Below, one piece after another: positions 1 to 13,212 of a stretch of DNA of 64,000 bases. The stretch lies in the NCBI RefSeq assembly GCF_988242995.1, contig NZ_OZ547043.1; one strand, 5' to 3'. The position numbers and the translations under genes were made by a program. Numbering within the stretch: position 1 is the first letter of the stretch; every line of letters starts with the position of its first letter. The notes under the pieces were generated by a model. It was not told where the DNA came from. It ran no database searches and saw only the letters and a program-made list of their open reading frames with translations.

Positions 1-425
1 GTGTCTTTATCCAGACGATGGACGATGCCCGCACGCGGTACATCGGCAATGGGCGGATAGTAATGAAGCAACGCATTCAGTACCGTGCCATCCGGGTTAC
101 CCGCGCCAGGATGTACCACCAGGTCGCGTGGTTTATTAATGACGATGATATCTTCATCTTCATAGACGATATCCAGCGGGATATCCTGCGGTTCAAAACG
201 CGCTTCTTCTTCAATCTCAGCGTTGATGGCCACCTGCTCGCCACCCAATACTTTTTCTTTCGGCTTATCACAAACTTTGCCGTTAACCAGCACGCGCTGG
301 TCGAGGATCCATTCTTTTATCCGCGAACGTGAATAATCCGGGAACATTTCGGCCAAAGCCTGATCTAAGCGTTGACCGAGTTGGTTTTCGGACACCGTTG
401 CAGTGAGCTGTACTCGTTGTGCCAT
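1..425 (-). CDS. rluD: 23S rRNA pseudouridine synthase RluD, 5' part (gene continues past window start)
   Basis: Reverse complement from 425 reads MAQRVQLTATVSENQLGQRLDQALAEMFPDYSRSRIKEW..., matching recalled RluD N-terminus; not in ORF track because no stop in window. Confidence 0.85.
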   Translation of the reverse strand, partial: MAQRVQLTATVSENQLGQRLDQALAEMFPDYSRSRIKEWILDQRVLVNGKVCDKPKEKVLGGEQVAINAEIEEEARFEPQDIPLDIVYEDEDIIVINKPRDLVVHPGAGNPDGTVLNALLHYYPPIADVPRAGIVHRLDKD

Positions 426-559
426 ATATACTGCTTCTTCGTTTATCGTTGGGGTTTTACGGCTTTGCCGTTTAATATAGTGTGCTATTGTAGCTGGTCT
501 TAACCGGGAGCAGGAACAGAGAATCTCCCGTATTACATTTTGAGGAAAGTCAAAACGTC

Positions 560-1297
560 ATGACGCGCATGAAATATCTGGTGGCAGCCGCCACACTAAG
601 CCTGTTTTTGGCGGGTTGCTCGGGGTCAAAGGAAGAAGTACCTGATAACCCGCCAAATGAAATTTACGCGACTGCACAACAAAAGCTGCAGGACGGTAAC
701 TGGAGACAGGCAATAACGCAACTGGAAGCGTTAGATAATCGCTATCCGTTTGGTCCGTATTCGCAGCAGGTGCAGCTGGATCTCATCTACGCCTACTATA
801 AAAACGCCGATTTGCCGTTAGCACAGGCTGCCATCGATCGTTTTATTCGCCTTAACCCGACCCATCCGAATATCGATTATGTCATGTACATGCGTGGCCT
901 GACCAATATGGCGCTCGATGACAGTGCACTGCAAGGGTTCTTTGGCGTCGATCGTAGCGATCGCGATCCTCAACATGCACGAGCTGCGTTTAGTGACTTT
1001 TCCAAACTGGTGCGCGGCTATCCGAACAGTCAGTACACCACCGATGCCACCAAACGTCTGGTATTCCTGAAAGATCGTCTGGCGAAATATGAATACTCCG
1101 TTGCCGAGTACTATACAGAACGTGGTGCATGGGTTGCCGTCGTTAACCGCGTAGAAGGCATGTTGCGCGACTACCCGGATACCCAGGCTACGCGTGATGC
1201 GCTGCCGCTGATGGAAAATGCATACCGTCAGATGCAGATGAATGCGCAAGCTGAAAAAGTAGCGAAAATCATCGCTGCAAACAGCAGCAATACATAA
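560..1297 (+). CDS. bamD: Outer membrane protein assembly factor BamD (lipoprotein, TPR-like)
   Basis: 245 aa ORF; lipobox LAGC; sequence recalled as YfiO/BamD; position next to rluD and raiA. Confidence 0.95.
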
Positions 1298-1513
1298 CAA
1301 AAACCTGAAACACAAAACGGCAGCCCTTGAGCTGCCGTTTTTTTATTCTGTTAGTTGTGAAACTGAAGCGATTTAGTCACTATCGATCTCATCAAATATG
1401 GCTCGCTTTGAGATATTCCTCAAGTAAAAAAACACCTCTTCCTGCGATTTCTCACAAAAAAGATTCGTTGACAAAAAGTGACAAAATTATGAGATTTCCA
1501 TCACACATTTTGA

Positions 1514-1909
<396 letters not shown>

Positions 1910-1932
1910 TCCTTTATATTGAGTGTATCGCC

Positions 1933-1956
1933 AACGCGCCTTCGGGCGCGTTTTTT
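1933..1956 (+). terminator. Rho-independent terminator after raiA
   Basis: GC stem aacgcgcc/ggcgcgtt with ttcg loop followed by T-run. Confidence 0.6.
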
Positions 1957-2012
1957 GTTGACAGCGTGAAAACAGTACGGGTACTGTACTGAAGTCACTT
2001 AAGGAAACAAAC

Positions 2013-2060
2013 ATGAAACACACACCGTTTTTCTTCGCATTCTTTTTTACCTTCCCCTGA
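2013..2060 (+). CDS. pheL: pheA leader peptide (Phe-rich, 15 aa)
   Basis: ATG at 2013 encodes MKHTPFFFAFFFTFP*, 7 Phe codons; precedes attenuator hairpin and pheA. Confidence 0.85.
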   Translation: MKHTPFFFAFFFTFP

Positions 2061-2107
2061 ATGGGAGGCGTTTCGTCGTGTGAAACAGAATGCGAAGACG
2101 AACAATA

Positions 2108-2135
2108 AGGCCTCCCAAATCGGGGGGCCTTTTTT
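2108..2135 (+). terminator. pheA attenuator terminator hairpin
   Basis: aggcctccc-aaatc-ggggggcct stem-loop followed by TTTTT, between pheL and pheA. Confidence 0.7.
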
Positions 2136-2158
2136 ATTGATAACAATAAGGCAACACT

Positions 2159-3319
2159 ATGACATCGGAAAATCCATTACTGGCGCTGCGAGAGAAAATC
2201 AGCGCGCTGGATGAAAAATTATTAGCATTACTGGCAGAGCGGCGCGAACTGGCCGTCGAGGTGGGAAAAGCCAAACTGCTCTCGCATCGCCAGGTACGTG
2301 ATATTGATCGTGAACGCGATTTACTGGAAAGATTAATTACGCTCGGTAAAGCGCACCATCTGGACGCCCATTACATTACTCGCCTGTTCCAGCTCATTAT
2401 TGAAGATTCCGTATTAACTCAGCAGGCGTTGCTCCAGCAACATCTCAATAAAATTAATCCGCACTCAGCACGCATCGCTTTTCTCGGCCCCAAAGGTTCT
2501 TATTCCCATCTTGCGGCGCGCCAGTATGCTGCCCGTCACTTTGAGCAATTCATTGAAAGTGGCTGCGCCAAATTTGCCGATATTTTTAATCAGGTGGAAA
2601 CCGGCCAGGCCGACTATGCCGTCGTACCGATTGAAAATACCAGCTCCGGTGCCATAAATGACGTTTATGATCTGCTGCAACATACCAGTTTGTCGATTGT
2701 TGGCGAGATGACGTTAACTATCGACCATTGTTTGTTGGTCTCCGGCACTACTGATTTATCCACAATCAATACGGTCTACAGCCATCCGCAGCCATTCCAG
2801 CAATGCAGCAAATTCCTTAATCGTTATCCGCACTGGAAGATTGAATATACCGAAAGTACGTCTGCGGCAATGGAAAAGGTTGCACAGGCAAAATCACCGC
2901 ATATTGCTGCGTTGGGAAGCGAAGCTGGCGGCACTTTGTACGGTTTGCAGGTACTGGAGCGTATTGAAGCGAATCAGCGACAAAACTTCACCCGATTTGT
3001 GGTGTTGGCACGTAAAGCCATTAACGTTTCTGACCAGGTTCCGGCGAAAACGACGTTGTTAATGGCGACCGGACAACAAGCTGGTGCGCTGGTTGAAGCA
3101 TTGCTGGTACTGCGCAACCACAATCTGATTATGACCCGTCTGGAATCACGCCCGATTCACGGTAATCCGTGGGAAGAGATGTTTTATCTGGATATTCAGG
3201 CCAATCTGGAATCCACAGAAATGCAAAAGGCGTTAAAAGAGTTAGGGGAAATCACCCGTTCAATGAAGGTATTGGGCTGTTACCCAAGCGAGAATGTAGT
3301 GCCTGTTGATCCAACCTGA
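2159..3319 (+). CDS. pheA: Bifunctional chorismate mutase / prephenate dehydratase
   Basis: 386 aa ORF; recalled PheA sequence; synteny with pheL and tyrA. Confidence 0.95.
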   Translation: MTSENPLLALREKISALDEKLLALLAERRELAVEVGKAKLLSHRQVRDIDRERDLLERLITLGKAHHLDAHYITRLFQLIIEDSVLTQQALLQQHLNKINPHSARIAFLGPKGSYSHLAARQYAARHFEQFIESGCAKFADIFNQVETGQADYAVVPIENTSSGAINDVYDLLQHTSLSIVGEMTLTIDHCLLVSGTTDLSTINTVYSHPQPFQQCSKFLNRYPHWKIEYTESTSAAMEKVAQAKSPHIAALGSEAGGTLYGLQVLERIEANQRQNFTRFVVLARKAINVSDQVPAKTTLLMATGQQAGALVEALLVLRNHNLIMTRLESRPIHGNPWEEMFYLDIQANLESTEMQKALKELGEITRSMKVLGCYPSENVVPVDPT

Positions 3320-3362
3320 ATGAAAAGGTGCCGGATGATGTGAATCACCCGGCACTGGATTA

Positions 3363-4484
3363 TTACTGGCGACTGTCATTCGCCTGACGCAATAACACGC
3401 GGCTTTCACTCTGAAAACGCTGTGCGTAATCGCCGAACCAGTGCTCCACCTTGCGGAAACTGTCAATAAACGCCTGCTTATCGCCCTGCTCCAGCAACTC
3501 AATCGCCTCGCCGAAACGCTTATAGTAACGTTTGATTAACGCCAGATTACGCTCTGACGACATAATAATGTCGGCATACAGTTGCGGATCTTGGGCAAAC
3601 AGTCGCCCAACCATCGCCAGCTCAAGGCGGTAAATCGGCGAAGAAAGTGCCAGAAGTTGCTCAAGCTGAACATTTTCTTCTGCCAGGTGCAGCCCATAAG
3701 CAAAAGTAGCAAAGTGGCGCAGAGCCTGAATAAACGCCATATTCTGATCGTGCTCGACGGCGCTAATACGATGCAGCCGAGCGCCCCAGACCTGAATTTG
3801 CTCCAGAAACCATTGGTATGCTTCCGGCTTACGTCCATCACACCAGACCACAACTTGCTTTGCCAGGCTACCGCTGTCCGGGCCGAACATCGGGTGTAAC
3901 CCCAGCACCGGACCATCATGCGCCGCCAGCATGGCCTGTAATGGTCCATTTTTCACCGATGCCAGATCGACCAGAATACAATCTTTCGGTAAAGGCGGTA
4001 ATTTGCCAATAACTTGTTCAGTAACGTGGATGGGCACACTAACAATCACCATTCCGGCATCGGCAACAATATCAGCCGCTCGATCCCAGTCATGTTGCTC
4101 CAGAATCCGCACCTGATAACCCGAGAGTGTCAGCATCTTCTCGAACAGACGTCCCATCTGACCGCCACCACCGACGATAACCACCGGGCGCAGTGACGGA
4201 CAAAGCGTTTTAAATCCTTTGTCGTTTTCACTGGAGTAAGATTCACGCATCACCCGACGCAAAACATCCTCAATCAGATCTGGCGGTACACCCAGAGCTT
4301 CCGCCTCTGCACGACGCGAGGCCAACATAGATGCCTCGCGCTCCGGAACATAAATAGGCAGTCCAAAGCGGCTTTTCACCTCGCCCACTTCAGCAACCAG
4401 TTCCAGACGCTTCGCTAATAAATTCAGCAGCGCTTTATCGACTTCATCAATTTGATCGCGTAATGCGGTCAACTCAGCAACCAT
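3363..4484 (-). CDS. tyrA: Bifunctional chorismate mutase / prephenate dehydrogenase
   Basis: 373 aa ORF; GGGGQMG NAD-binding motif; convergent with pheA as in E. coli. Confidence 0.95.
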   Translation of the reverse strand: MVAELTALRDQIDEVDKALLNLLAKRLELVAEVGEVKSRFGLPIYVPEREASMLASRRAEAEALGVPPDLIEDVLRRVMRESYSSENDKGFKTLCPSLRPVVIVGGGGQMGRLFEKMLTLSGYQVRILEQHDWDRAADIVADAGMVIVSVPIHVTEQVIGKLPPLPKDCILVDLASVKNGPLQAMLAAHDGPVLGLHPMFGPDSGSLAKQVVVWCDGRKPEAYQWFLEQIQVWGARLHRISAVEHDQNMAFIQALRHFATFAYGLHLAEENVQLEQLLALSSPIYRLELAMVGRLFAQDPQLYADIIMSSERNLALIKRYYKRFGEAIELLEQGDKQAFIDSFRKVEHWFGDYAQRFQSESRVLLRQANDSRQ

Positions 4485-4494
4485 AATAAACCTC

Positions 4495-5565
4495 TTAAGC
4501 CACGCGCGCCGTCAGCTGCCCGTTGAGATCATGATGGATCTCACGCAGTAAGGCATCGGTCATTTCCCAGCTAATGCAGGCATCGGTTACAGACACGCCG
4601 TATTTCATTTCGCTACGCGGCTGTTCGGAAGACTGATTACCTTCGTGGATATTACTTTCAATCATCAGACCAATAATGGAGCGATTACCATCTTTGATCT
4701 GAGCAACCACGGACTCTGCCACCGCAGGCTGACGGCGATAATCTTTATTGGAATTACCGTGGCTGCAATCTACCATCAGAGACGGGCGCAGTCCCGCCTG
4801 TTCCATCTCTTTTTCACATTGCGCAACATCCGCAGGGCTATAGTTCGGCGCTTTACCACCGCGCAGGATCACATGCCCGTCCGGATTCCCCTGAGTTTGT
4901 AGCAACGCCACCTGCCCTGCCTGGTTAATGCCAACAAAACGGTGCGGCTGGGCGGCGGCGCGCATAGCGTTAATTGCTGTTGCCAGACTGCCGTCGGTGC
5001 CGTTTTTAAAACCAACCGGCATGGAAAGCCCGGAGGCCATTTCACGGTGAGTTTGCGATTCCGTTGTACGAGCACCAATTGCTGACCAGCTAAACAGATC
5101 GCCCAGGTATTGCGGGCTATTTGGATCTAACGCTTCCGTCGCCAGTGGCAGTCCCATATTCACCAGCTCAAGCAGCAATTTACGCGCGATCTGCAGCCCG
5201 GCTTCTACATCAAAAGAGCCATCCATATGGGGATCGTTAATCAACCCTTTCCAACCGACAGTGGTACGGGGTTTTTCAAAATAGACGCGCATTACCAGAT
5301 AGAGGCTATCGCTGACCTCTGCGGCAAGGGCTTTAAATCGACGAGCATATTCCAGAGCAGTTTCCGGATCATGAATGGAACAAGGACCACATACTACCAA
5401 CAGACGAGGATCGCGCCCGGCGATAATATCTGAAATGGTTTTACGCGAGTCAGCAATCTGGGCTTCTTGTTGCAGGCTTAATGGAAAAGCGGCCTTCAGT
5501 TGTTCCGGAGTCATTAAAACTTGTTCGTCGGTAATATGTACGTTATTCAGCGCGTCTTTTTGCAT
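4495..5565 (-). CDS. aroF: Tyr-sensitive DAHP synthase
   Basis: ORF track gives 379 aa; start chosen at internal Met ([11 protein letters not shown]...) to give 356 aa as recalled for AroF. Confidence 0.9.
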   Translation of the reverse strand: MQKDALNNVHITDEQVLMTPEQLKAAFPLSLQQEAQIADSRKTISDIIAGRDPRLLVVCGPCSIHDPETALEYARRFKALAAEVSDSLYLVMRVYFEKPRTTVGWKGLINDPHMDGSFDVEAGLQIARKLLLELVNMGLPLATEALDPNSPQYLGDLFSWSAIGARTTESQTHREMASGLSMPVGFKNGTDGSLATAINAMRAAAQPHRFVGINQAGQVALLQTQGNPDGHVILRGGKAPNYSPADVAQCEKEMEQAGLRPSLMVDCSHGNSNKDYRRQPAVAESVVAQIKDGNRSIIGLMIESNIHEGNQSSEQPRSEMKYGVSVTDACISWEMTDALLREIHHDLNGQLTARVA

Positions 5566-5710
5566 GATGGCGATCCTGTTTATGCTCGTTTGCGATAGTT
5601 GATCCTCAGCGAGGATGACGTAACGATAACACATAAAGTAAAGTTTTCAATCCATATTTCGTACATTTCTCTTTACACAAGCAATTTATTCGCGCTTTTA
5701 ACCCTTGTTT

Positions 5711-5728
5711 ATGTATAAATAAATTTAC
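5711..5728. promoter_or_regulatory. Candidate TyrR box (TGTAtA-N6-TTTACA) upstream of aroF
   Basis: tgtataaataaatttaca fits the TGTAAA-N6-TTTACA consensus; a weaker box-like sequence lies near 5659-5680. Confidence 0.5.
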
Positions 5729-5774
5729 ACCGCCTTTGAAAACAATCCGCTATGCTTTGAAAAAGGAGAAAGAA

Positions 5775-6140
5775 ATGATGAAAAAGTTTATCGCCCCCTT
5801 GTTGGCTTTACTGGTTAGCGGATGTCAGATTGATCCTTATACTCACGCGCCAACCTTGACCAGCACCGACTGGTATGATGTTGGTATGGAAGATGCGATA
5901 TCGGGCAACGCCATAAAAGATGACGATGCATTTAGCGATTCACAGGCGGATCGCGGTCTATACCTTAAAGGATATGCCGAAGGACAAAAGAAAACTTGCC
6001 AGACCGATTTTACTTATGCCCGAGGACTTTCCGGTAAAAGCTTTCCTGCCAGCTGCAACAATGTTGAAAATGCCAGCCAACTGCATGAAGTATGGCAAAA
6101 AGGGGCTGATGAAAATGCCAGCACAATACGATTAAATTAA
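5775..6140 (+). CDS. yfiL: Small lipoprotein YfiL
   Basis: Start chosen at MMKKFIAPLLALLVSGC (lipobox) after aggag RBS; ORF track starts 13 codons upstream. Confidence 0.8.
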   Translation: MMKKFIAPLLALLVSGCQIDPYTHAPTLTSTDWYDVGMEDAISGNAIKDDDAFSDSQADRGLYLKGYAEGQKKTCQTDFTYARGLSGKSFPASCNNVENASQLHEVWQKGADENASTIRLN

Positions 6141-6289
6141 TTAACCCCCCACAAATAAATTAAACATGAGATTCTACTCATTGTGTTTTATTTCTCACAT
6201 TGATGACGACCGCATGAAAGAATGATATTTTAATGAGCATTCTGAAAAAATATCGATGCATTTCGAGCGAAGATGGTGAGGATCCCTGA

Positions 6290-6808
6290 ATGCGTTTTTC
6301 TCACCGACTGTTCTTACTGCTGATTCTCCTGCTGACGGGAGCACCAATACTCGCTCAGGAACCTTCTGACGTTGCGAAAAACGTGCGTATGATGGTTTCC
6401 GGTATTGTCAGTTACACCCGCTGGCCTGCGCTATCAGGGCCACCAAAGTTATGTATCTTTTCATCTTCACATTTTAGTAACGCCCTACAAGAGAATGGTA
6501 CGACATCTTTGCCTTATCTGCCTGTCATCATTCACACTCAACAAGAGGCGATGATTTCAGGCTGCAATGGTTTTTATTTTGGCAACGAGTCACCGACATT
6601 CCAGATGGAATTAACCGAACAATATCCGTCAAAGGCGTTATTATTAATTGCCGAACAAAATACCGAGTGCATTATTGGTAGCGCCTTTTGTCTGATCATC
6701 CACAATAATGACGTCAGATTTGCCGTAAACCTGGATGCCTTATCGCGTAGCGGTGTAAAGGTCAACCCAGATGTCTTGATGCTCGCACGGAAGAAAAATG
6801 ATGGATAA
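6290..6808 (+). CDS. yfiR: Periplasmic repressor of diguanylate cyclase DgcN (YfiR)
   Basis: 172 aa ORF with signal peptide; first gene of yfiRNB operon. Confidence 0.9.
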   Translation: MRFSHRLFLLLILLLTGAPILAQEPSDVAKNVRMMVSGIVSYTRWPALSGPPKLCIFSSSHFSNALQENGTTSLPYLPVIIHTQQEAMISGCNGFYFGNESPTFQMELTEQYPSKALLLIAEQNTECIIGSAFCLIIHNNDVRFAVNLDALSRSGVKVNPDVLMLARKKNDG

Positions 6809-8024
6809 CGATAATTCTCTTAATAAGCGCCCCACGTTTAAAAGAGCATTACGCAACATCAGTATGACCAGCATATTTATCACTATGATGCTGATCTGGT
6901 TGCTGCTTTCCGTGACCTCGGTGCTGACCCTGAAACAGTACGCGCAAAAAAACCTGGCACTGACAGCAGCAACAATGACTTACAGTCTGGAAGCAGCGGT
7001 CGTTTTTGCCGATGGCTCTGCAGCAACTGAAACACTGGCAGCGCTGGGGCAGCAAGGCCAATTTTCAACTGCAGAAGTGCGTGATAAGCAGCAAAATATT
7101 CTGGCATCCTGGCATTACACCCGTAAGGATCCAGGCGATACTTTCAGTAATTTCATAAGCCACTGGCTCTTCCCTGCCCCCATCGTTCAGCCGATTCGTC
7201 ACAATGGTGAAACCATTGGCGAAGTTCGCTTAACCGCTCGCGACAGTTCAATCAGCCATTTCATCTGGTTTTCGCTCGCTGTCCTGACCGCCTGCATTCT
7301 GCTGGCATCAGGCATCGCAATTACCCTCACCCGCCATTTGCACAATGGTCTGGTTGAAGCGTTAAAAAACATCACCGATGTCGTACATGATGTGCGTTCC
7401 AACCGCAATTTTTCCCGACGAGTTTCGGAAGAACGTATCGCAGAGTTTCACCGCTTCGCTCTCGACTTCAACAGTCTGCTGGATGAAATGGAAGAGTGGC
7501 AGCTTCGTTTACAGGCCAAAAATGCGCAGCTTCTGCGTACCGCGCTACATGACCCATTAACCGGGCTGGCTAACCGCGCAGCGTTTCGTAGCGGTATCAA
7601 TACGTTGATGAACAATTCCGATGCCCGAAAAACGTCGGCGTTACTATTTCTTGATGGCGATAATTTCAAATATATCAATGATACCTGGGGTCATGCGACG
7701 GGCGATCGTGTCTTGATTGAGGTAGCAAAACGGTTAGCTGAATTTGGCGGGCTGCGACATAAAGCATACCGCCTGGGCGGCGATGAATTCGCGATGGTGC
7801 TCTATGATGTACAGTCGGAATCTGAAGTGCAGCAGATATGCTCAGCACTGACACAAATCTTTAATCTCCCGTTTGATCTTCATAATGGCCATCAGACCAC
7901 CATGACATTAAGCATTGGTTACGCGATGACCATTGAGCACGCCTCTGCGGAAAAATTACAAGAGCTTGCCGATCACAATATGTATCAGGCCAAACACCAG
8001 CGTGCCGAAAAGCTGGTGAGATAA
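6798..8024 (+). CDS. dgcN: Membrane diguanylate cyclase (GGDEF)
   Basis: 408 aa ORF, two TM segments, GGDEF motif [10 protein letters not shown]; overlaps yfiR stop. Confidence 0.9.
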   Translation: MMDNDNSLNKRPTFKRALRNISMTSIFITMMLIWLLLSVTSVLTLKQYAQKNLALTAATMTYSLEAAVVFADGSAATETLAALGQQGQFSTAEVRDKQQNILASWHYTRKDPGDTFSNFISHWLFPAPIVQPIRHNGETIGEVRLTARDSSISHFIWFSLAVLTACILLASGIAITLTRHLHNGLVEALKNITDVVHDVRSNRNFSRRVSEERIAEFHRFALDFNSLLDEMEEWQLRLQAKNAQLLRTALHDPLTGLANRAAFRSGINTLMNNSDARKTSALLFLDGDNFKYINDTWGHATGDRVLIEVAKRLAEFGGLRHKAYRLGGDEFAMVLYDVQSESEVQQICSALTQIFNLPFDLHNGHQTTMTLSIGYAMTIEHASAEKLQELADHNMYQAKHQRAEKLVR

Positions 8025-8039
8025 CAAGGATATATCGAT

Positions 8040-8522
8040 ATGATAAAGCACCTGGTAGCACCCCTGATTTTCACCTCACTAATACTGACTGGCTGCCAGT
8101 CCCCTCAGGGAAAGTTTACTCCTGAGCAAGTCGCCGCTATGCAATCTTATGGATTTACTGAATCCGCCGGCGACTGGTCGCTGGGCTTATCAGATGCCAT
8201 TCTGTTCGCAAAAAATGACTACAAATTGCTCCCGGAAAGCCAGCAACAGATCCAAACCATGGCAGCCAAATTGGCCTCGACAGGGCTAACACATGCCCGT
8301 ATGGATGGACACACCGATAACTATGGTGAAGACAGTTACAACGAAGGCTTATCATTGAAACGGGCGAATGTCGTGGCCGATGCATGGGCTATTGGTGGAC
8401 AAATTCCACGCAGCAATCTCACCACACAGGGTTTAGGAAAAAAATATCCCATAGCCAGTAACAAGACCGCCCAGGGCCGCGCCGAGAACCGCCGCGTCGC
8501 AGTGGTGATTACAACCCCTTAA
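8040..8522 (+). CDS. yfiB: OmpA-family outer membrane lipoprotein YfiB
   Basis: 160 aa ORF, lipobox LTGC, OmpA-like C-terminus (NRRV). Confidence 0.9.
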   Translation: MIKHLVAPLIFTSLILTGCQSPQGKFTPEQVAAMQSYGFTESAGDWSLGLSDAILFAKNDYKLLPESQQQIQTMAAKLASTGLTHARMDGHTDNYGEDSYNEGLSLKRANVVADAWAIGGQIPRSNLTTQGLGKKYPIASNKTAQGRAENRRVAVVITTP

Positions 8523-8540
8523 AACACGAGCAAACAGATA

Positions 8541-8570
8541 AAAAAGGGCCAGCCAATTGGCCAGCCCTTC
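8541..8570 (-). terminator. Probable terminator downstream of rplS
   Basis: Palindromic GC stem (aagggc...gccctt around gccaattggc) flanked by an A-run, which is a U-run on the minus strand. Confidence 0.5.
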
Positions 8571-8597
8571 TTAACAGGATGTCGCTTAAGCGAAACC

Positions 8598-8948
<351 letters not shown>

Positions 8949-8986
8949 TTAATCTCTTATCCTGGGTAAACTGATATCTCGGGGGC

Positions 8987-9754
8987 TTACGCCATCCCAT
9001 CATGTTTATGTTGCTGTTGTGCGTGTTCCGTTTTGAACTCCGCCAGCAACCTTGCTTGCTCTTCAGTCAGAGCCAGGTTTTCCAGAAGTTCAGGTCTTCT
9101 AAGCCAGGTACGGCCCAGCGACTGTTTCAAACGCCAGCGACGTATCTCGGCATGGTTGCCCGACAGTAACACTGGCGGAACTTCCATCCCTTCTAACACC
9201 TCAGGCCGCGTATAGTGCGGGCAATCCAGCAATCCTTCAGCAAAGGAATCTTCCGTTGCTGAGGCTTCATGTCCCAGTACTCCCGGAATAAACCGGGAAA
9301 CGGAGTCAATCAGCGTCATTGCTGGTAACTCACCACCACTGAGAACGTAATCGCCGATTGACCATTCTTCGTCAATTTCGGTTTGGATCACGCGCTCATC
9401 TATACCTTCGTAGCGACCGCACACCAGAATCAATTTTTGATTCGTTGCCAGTTCGCTGACGCCCGCTTGATCAAGCTTGCGTCCCTGTGGTGACAGATAA
9501 ATCACCTTTGCGCCTTCACCCGCCGCGGCTTTTGCTGCATGAATGGCGTCCCGCAAGGGTTGCACCATCATTAACATCCCCGGTCCGCCGCCGTAAGGAC
9601 GATCGTCCACGGTACGGTGCCGGTCATGCGTGAAGTCGCGAGGACTCCAGCTCTGGATGCTCAGCAGGCCATTTTTAACTGCCCGGCCAGTTACCCCGTA
9701 ATCGGTAATTGCGCGGAACATTTCAGGAAACAGGCTAATTATGCCAATCCACAT
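8987..9754 (-). CDS. trmD: tRNA (guanine37-N1)-methyltransferase
   Basis: 255 aa ORF; recalled TrmD; operon position. Confidence 0.97.
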
Positions 9755-9784
9755 AGCGCCGTCTTTTACCGTTTATCCGGTGGT

Positions 9785-10333
9785 TTAAAAACCAGGATCC
9801 CAATCTACTTCGATTGAACGAGTAGTGAGATCGACTTTCTTGATAACCTGCCCATCGAGGAACGGTACGAGACGTTCCTTGATACCAAACGCATCTTTCA
9901 GGTTTGCCTTAATGACGAGAACATCATTAGATCCGGTTTCCATCATATCGACGACTTTACCGAGATCGTAGCCTTCAGTGGTTACTACCTGGCAGCCCAT
10001 CAGGTCTTTCCAGTAGTAGTCACCCTCTTCAAGCTGAGGCAGCTGCGATGAATCCACGACAATTTCACAATTCGTCAGCAGGTTCGCCGCATCACGATCG
10101 TCAACGCCTTTCAGCTTGATGATCATGTCCTGATTGTGGTGCTTCCAGCTTTCCAGCTGGACTTGCTGCCACTGACCCGCCTTCTGGATAAACCAGGGCT
10201 GATAGTCAAAAATGCTTTCGGCGTCTTCGGTGGAAGAAAACACTCTGAGCCACCCACGAATACCGTAAGACGAACCCATTTTTCCCAAAACGATGGGATC
10301 AACAGGTGCTTGCGCGGTGAGTTGTTTGCTCAT
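9785..10333 (-). CDS. rimM: Ribosome maturation factor RimM
   Basis: Start chosen at [13 protein letters not shown] (182 aa); ORF track begins 3 codons upstream. Confidence 0.92.
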
Positions 10334-10351
10334 CATGACCACCGTGACAGA

Positions 10352-10678
<327 letters not shown>

Positions 10679-10848
10679 TTACTCATTTTTGCGGAAATTG
10701 CAATCAGCAGTTGCTAACTCTGCTGTAAAAGGCCGTCGGCGGTGCAGCCAGTTTGGTGCCGGAGTGCGCGCAGTCACCGGAGCGTACACGCAGTACGTGA
10801 GGATGACGAGCACACCCCGGTGCCAAAATGGCAAACAAGCCAGGCCGA

Positions 10849-12210
10849 TTAGCGACCAGGAAATCCCGGCGGCATCATACCCTTCATGCTTCTCATCATC
10901 TTCGCCATTCCGCCCTTCTTCATTTTCTTCATCATGCGCTGCATGTCGTCGAACTGTTTCAGAAGACGGTTAACGTCCTGTACCTGCATCCCGCAACCGG
11001 CGGCGATACGACGCTTACGTGAACCTTTGATGATTTCTGGCTTAGCGCGCTCTTTCATCGTCATTGAGTTGATGATGGCTTCCATACGCACCAGCACTTT
11101 ATCGTCCATCTGCGACTTGACGTTATCCGGGATCTGCCCCATGCCCGGCAGCTTGCCCATCAGGCTAGCCATGCCGCCCATATTTTTCATCTGGCGCAGC
11201 TGCTCAAGAAAGTCGTTGAGATCGAAGCCGTCGCCTTTTTTCAGCTTGCTGGCTAATTTCTCTGCCTGCGCGCGGTCAACTTTGCTTTCGATATCTTCGA
11301 TCAGTGACAGTACGTCGCCCATGCCGAGAATACGCGACGCGATGCGGTCAGGATGGAACGGCTCCAGCGCCTCAGTTTTCTCGCCAACACCGAGGAACTT
11401 GATCGGTTTGCCAGTGATGTGACGAATAGAGAGCGCCGCACCGCCGCGGGCATCGCCGTCCACTTTGGTCAACACTACGCCGGTAAGCGGTAACGCTTCA
11501 TTGAATGCTTTTGCCGTATTGGCCGCATCCTGACCGGTCATGGCGTCAACCACAAACAGGGTTTCAACCGGATTAATCGACGCATGGACTTGTTTGATCT
11601 CATCCATCATCGCTTCGTCAACGTGCAGACGACCAGCGGTATCCACCAGCAGCACGTCGTAGAATTTCAGTTTGGCTTCTTTCAGCGCCGCGTTAACGAT
11701 ATCTACCGGCTTCTGACCAACATCAGAAGGGAAGAAATCAACGCCCACCTGCTCTGCCAGCGTCTCAAGCTGTTTGATTGCCGCCGGGCGATAAACGTCG
11801 GCGGAAACCACCAGCACTTTCTTCTTGTGCTTCTCGCGCAGGAACTTACCGAGTTTACCAACGCTGGTTGTTTTACCGGCACCTTGCAGGCCCGCCATCA
11901 GCACGACCGCAGGCGGTTGCGCAGCCAGGTTCAGGGTCTGGTTCTCTTCGCCCATCGCCGCAACCAGTTCGTTACGGACGATTTTGACGAACTCCTGCCC
12001 CGGCGTCAGGCTCTTATTAACTTCATGACCAACCGCTTTCTCTTTTACGCGATTGATAAACTCACGCACTACCGGCAGAGCGACATCCGCCTCCAGCAGC
12101 GCCATGCGCACTTCGCGCAGCGTATCTTTTACGTTGTCTTCAGTGAGGCGTCCACGGCCACTGATATTGCGCAGCGTGCGCGACAAACGATCGGTTAAAT
12201 TATCAAACAT
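10849..12210 (-). CDS. ffh: Signal recognition particle protein Ffh
   Basis: 453 aa ORF; GTPase motifs GLQGAGKTT and DTAGR; Met-rich C-terminal M domain. Confidence 0.97.
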   Translation of the reverse strand: MFDNLTDRLSRTLRNISGRGRLTEDNVKDTLREVRMALLEADVALPVVREFINRVKEKAVGHEVNKSLTPGQEFVKIVRNELVAAMGEENQTLNLAAQPPAVVLMAGLQGAGKTTSVGKLGKFLREKHKKKVLVVSADVYRPAAIKQLETLAEQVGVDFFPSDVGQKPVDIVNAALKEAKLKFYDVLLVDTAGRLHVDEAMMDEIKQVHASINPVETLFVVDAMTGQDAANTAKAFNEALPLTGVVLTKVDGDARGGAALSIRHITGKPIKFLGVGEKTEALEPFHPDRIASRILGMGDVLSLIEDIESKVDRAQAEKLASKLKKGDGFDLNDFLEQLRQMKNMGGMASLMGKLPGMGQIPDNVKSQMDDKVLVRMEAIINSMTMKERAKPEIIKGSRKRRIAAGCGMQVQDVNRLLKQFDDMQRMMKKMKKGGMAKMMRSMKGMMPPGFPGR

Positions 12211-12376
12211 TGTCTCTCGCCTGGGGTGGAAACGGTTGGCCGCAATCGCGACACATCATCAGTATTTTGCCGCAGTATAACATGAAGGCGTCTTTGTTGT
12301 TATGCAACGGTTGGAGCAGCGTTCACCTGACGCTATACTGCTTCTCTTTCTTATTGCTCAAACTGTCGACATCACT

Positions 12377-13168
12377 ATGCCCGTTTTTGCTCTGCTCGCG
12401 CTTGTCGCCTACTCCGTCAGTCTTGCGCTGATTGTTCCCGGTCTGCTGCAAAAAAACGGCGGCTGGCGGCGCATGGCTATTATTTCTGCGGTCATTGCGC
12501 TGGTCTGCCACGCAATCGCTCTGGAAGCCCGCATCCTGCCCGACGGTGATAGCGGACAAAACCTCAGCCTGCTGAACGTTGGTTCATTGGTCAGTTTGAT
12601 GATCTGTACGGTAATGACCATTGTGGCTTCTCGCAATCGTGGCTGGTTGCTGCTACCCATTGTCTATGCCTTTGCGCTTATCAACCTGGCGCTGGCGACC
12701 TTCATGCCCAATGAATACATCACTCATCTGGAAGCAACGCCTGGGATGCTGGTGCACATTGGCTTATCGCTCTTTTCCTATGCCACGCTGATTATCGCCG
12801 CCCTGTACGCGCTGCAACTGGCGTGGATTGATTACCAACTGAAGAACAAGAAGCTGGCGTTTAACCAGGAAATGCCGCCATTAATGAGTATCGAGCGTAA
12901 AATGTTCCACATCACGCAGATTGGCGTGGTGCTGCTAACGCTCACGCTTTGCACTGGCCTGTTCTACATGCACAACTTATTTAGCATGGAAAATATCGAC
13001 AAGGCCGTGCTCTCTATCGTGGCGTGGTTTGTCTATATTGTGCTGCTGTGGGGACATTATCATGAAGGATGGCGTGGACGTCGCGTCGTCTGGTTTAACG
13101 TTGCGGGTGCAGTCATTCTGACACTGGCCTACTTCGGCAGCCGAATTGTCCAGCAGTTAATCAGCTAA
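12377..13168 (+). CDS. ypjD: Inner membrane protein YpjD (cytochrome c assembly/CcsA-like family)
   Basis: Multi-TM ORF; start chosen at internal Met to give 263 aa as recalled; ORF track starts at 12302. Confidence 0.75.
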   Translation: MPVFALLALVAYSVSLALIVPGLLQKNGGWRRMAIISAVIALVCHAIALEARILPDGDSGQNLSLLNVGSLVSLMICTVMTIVASRNRGWLLLPIVYAFALINLALATFMPNEYITHLEATPGMLVHIGLSLFSYATLIIAALYALQLAWIDYQLKNKKLAFNQEMPPLMSIERKMFHITQIGVVLLTLTLCTGLFYMHNLFSMENIDKAVLSIVAWFVYIVLLWGHYHEGWRGRRVVWFNVAGAVILTLAYFGSRIVQQLIS

Positions 13169-13212
13169 ACCCAGAAAAGGAGTTTCCCCTGGAACACATT
13201 TCTACTACTACG

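Noticed and set aside
18-332. Plus-strand 104-aa ORF at window start
   Set aside because: Antisense to the rluD coding sequence, whose N-terminus is read clearly on the minus strand.
11584-12198. Plus-strand 204-aa ORF inside ffh
   Set aside because: Shadow frame of the ffh coding region.
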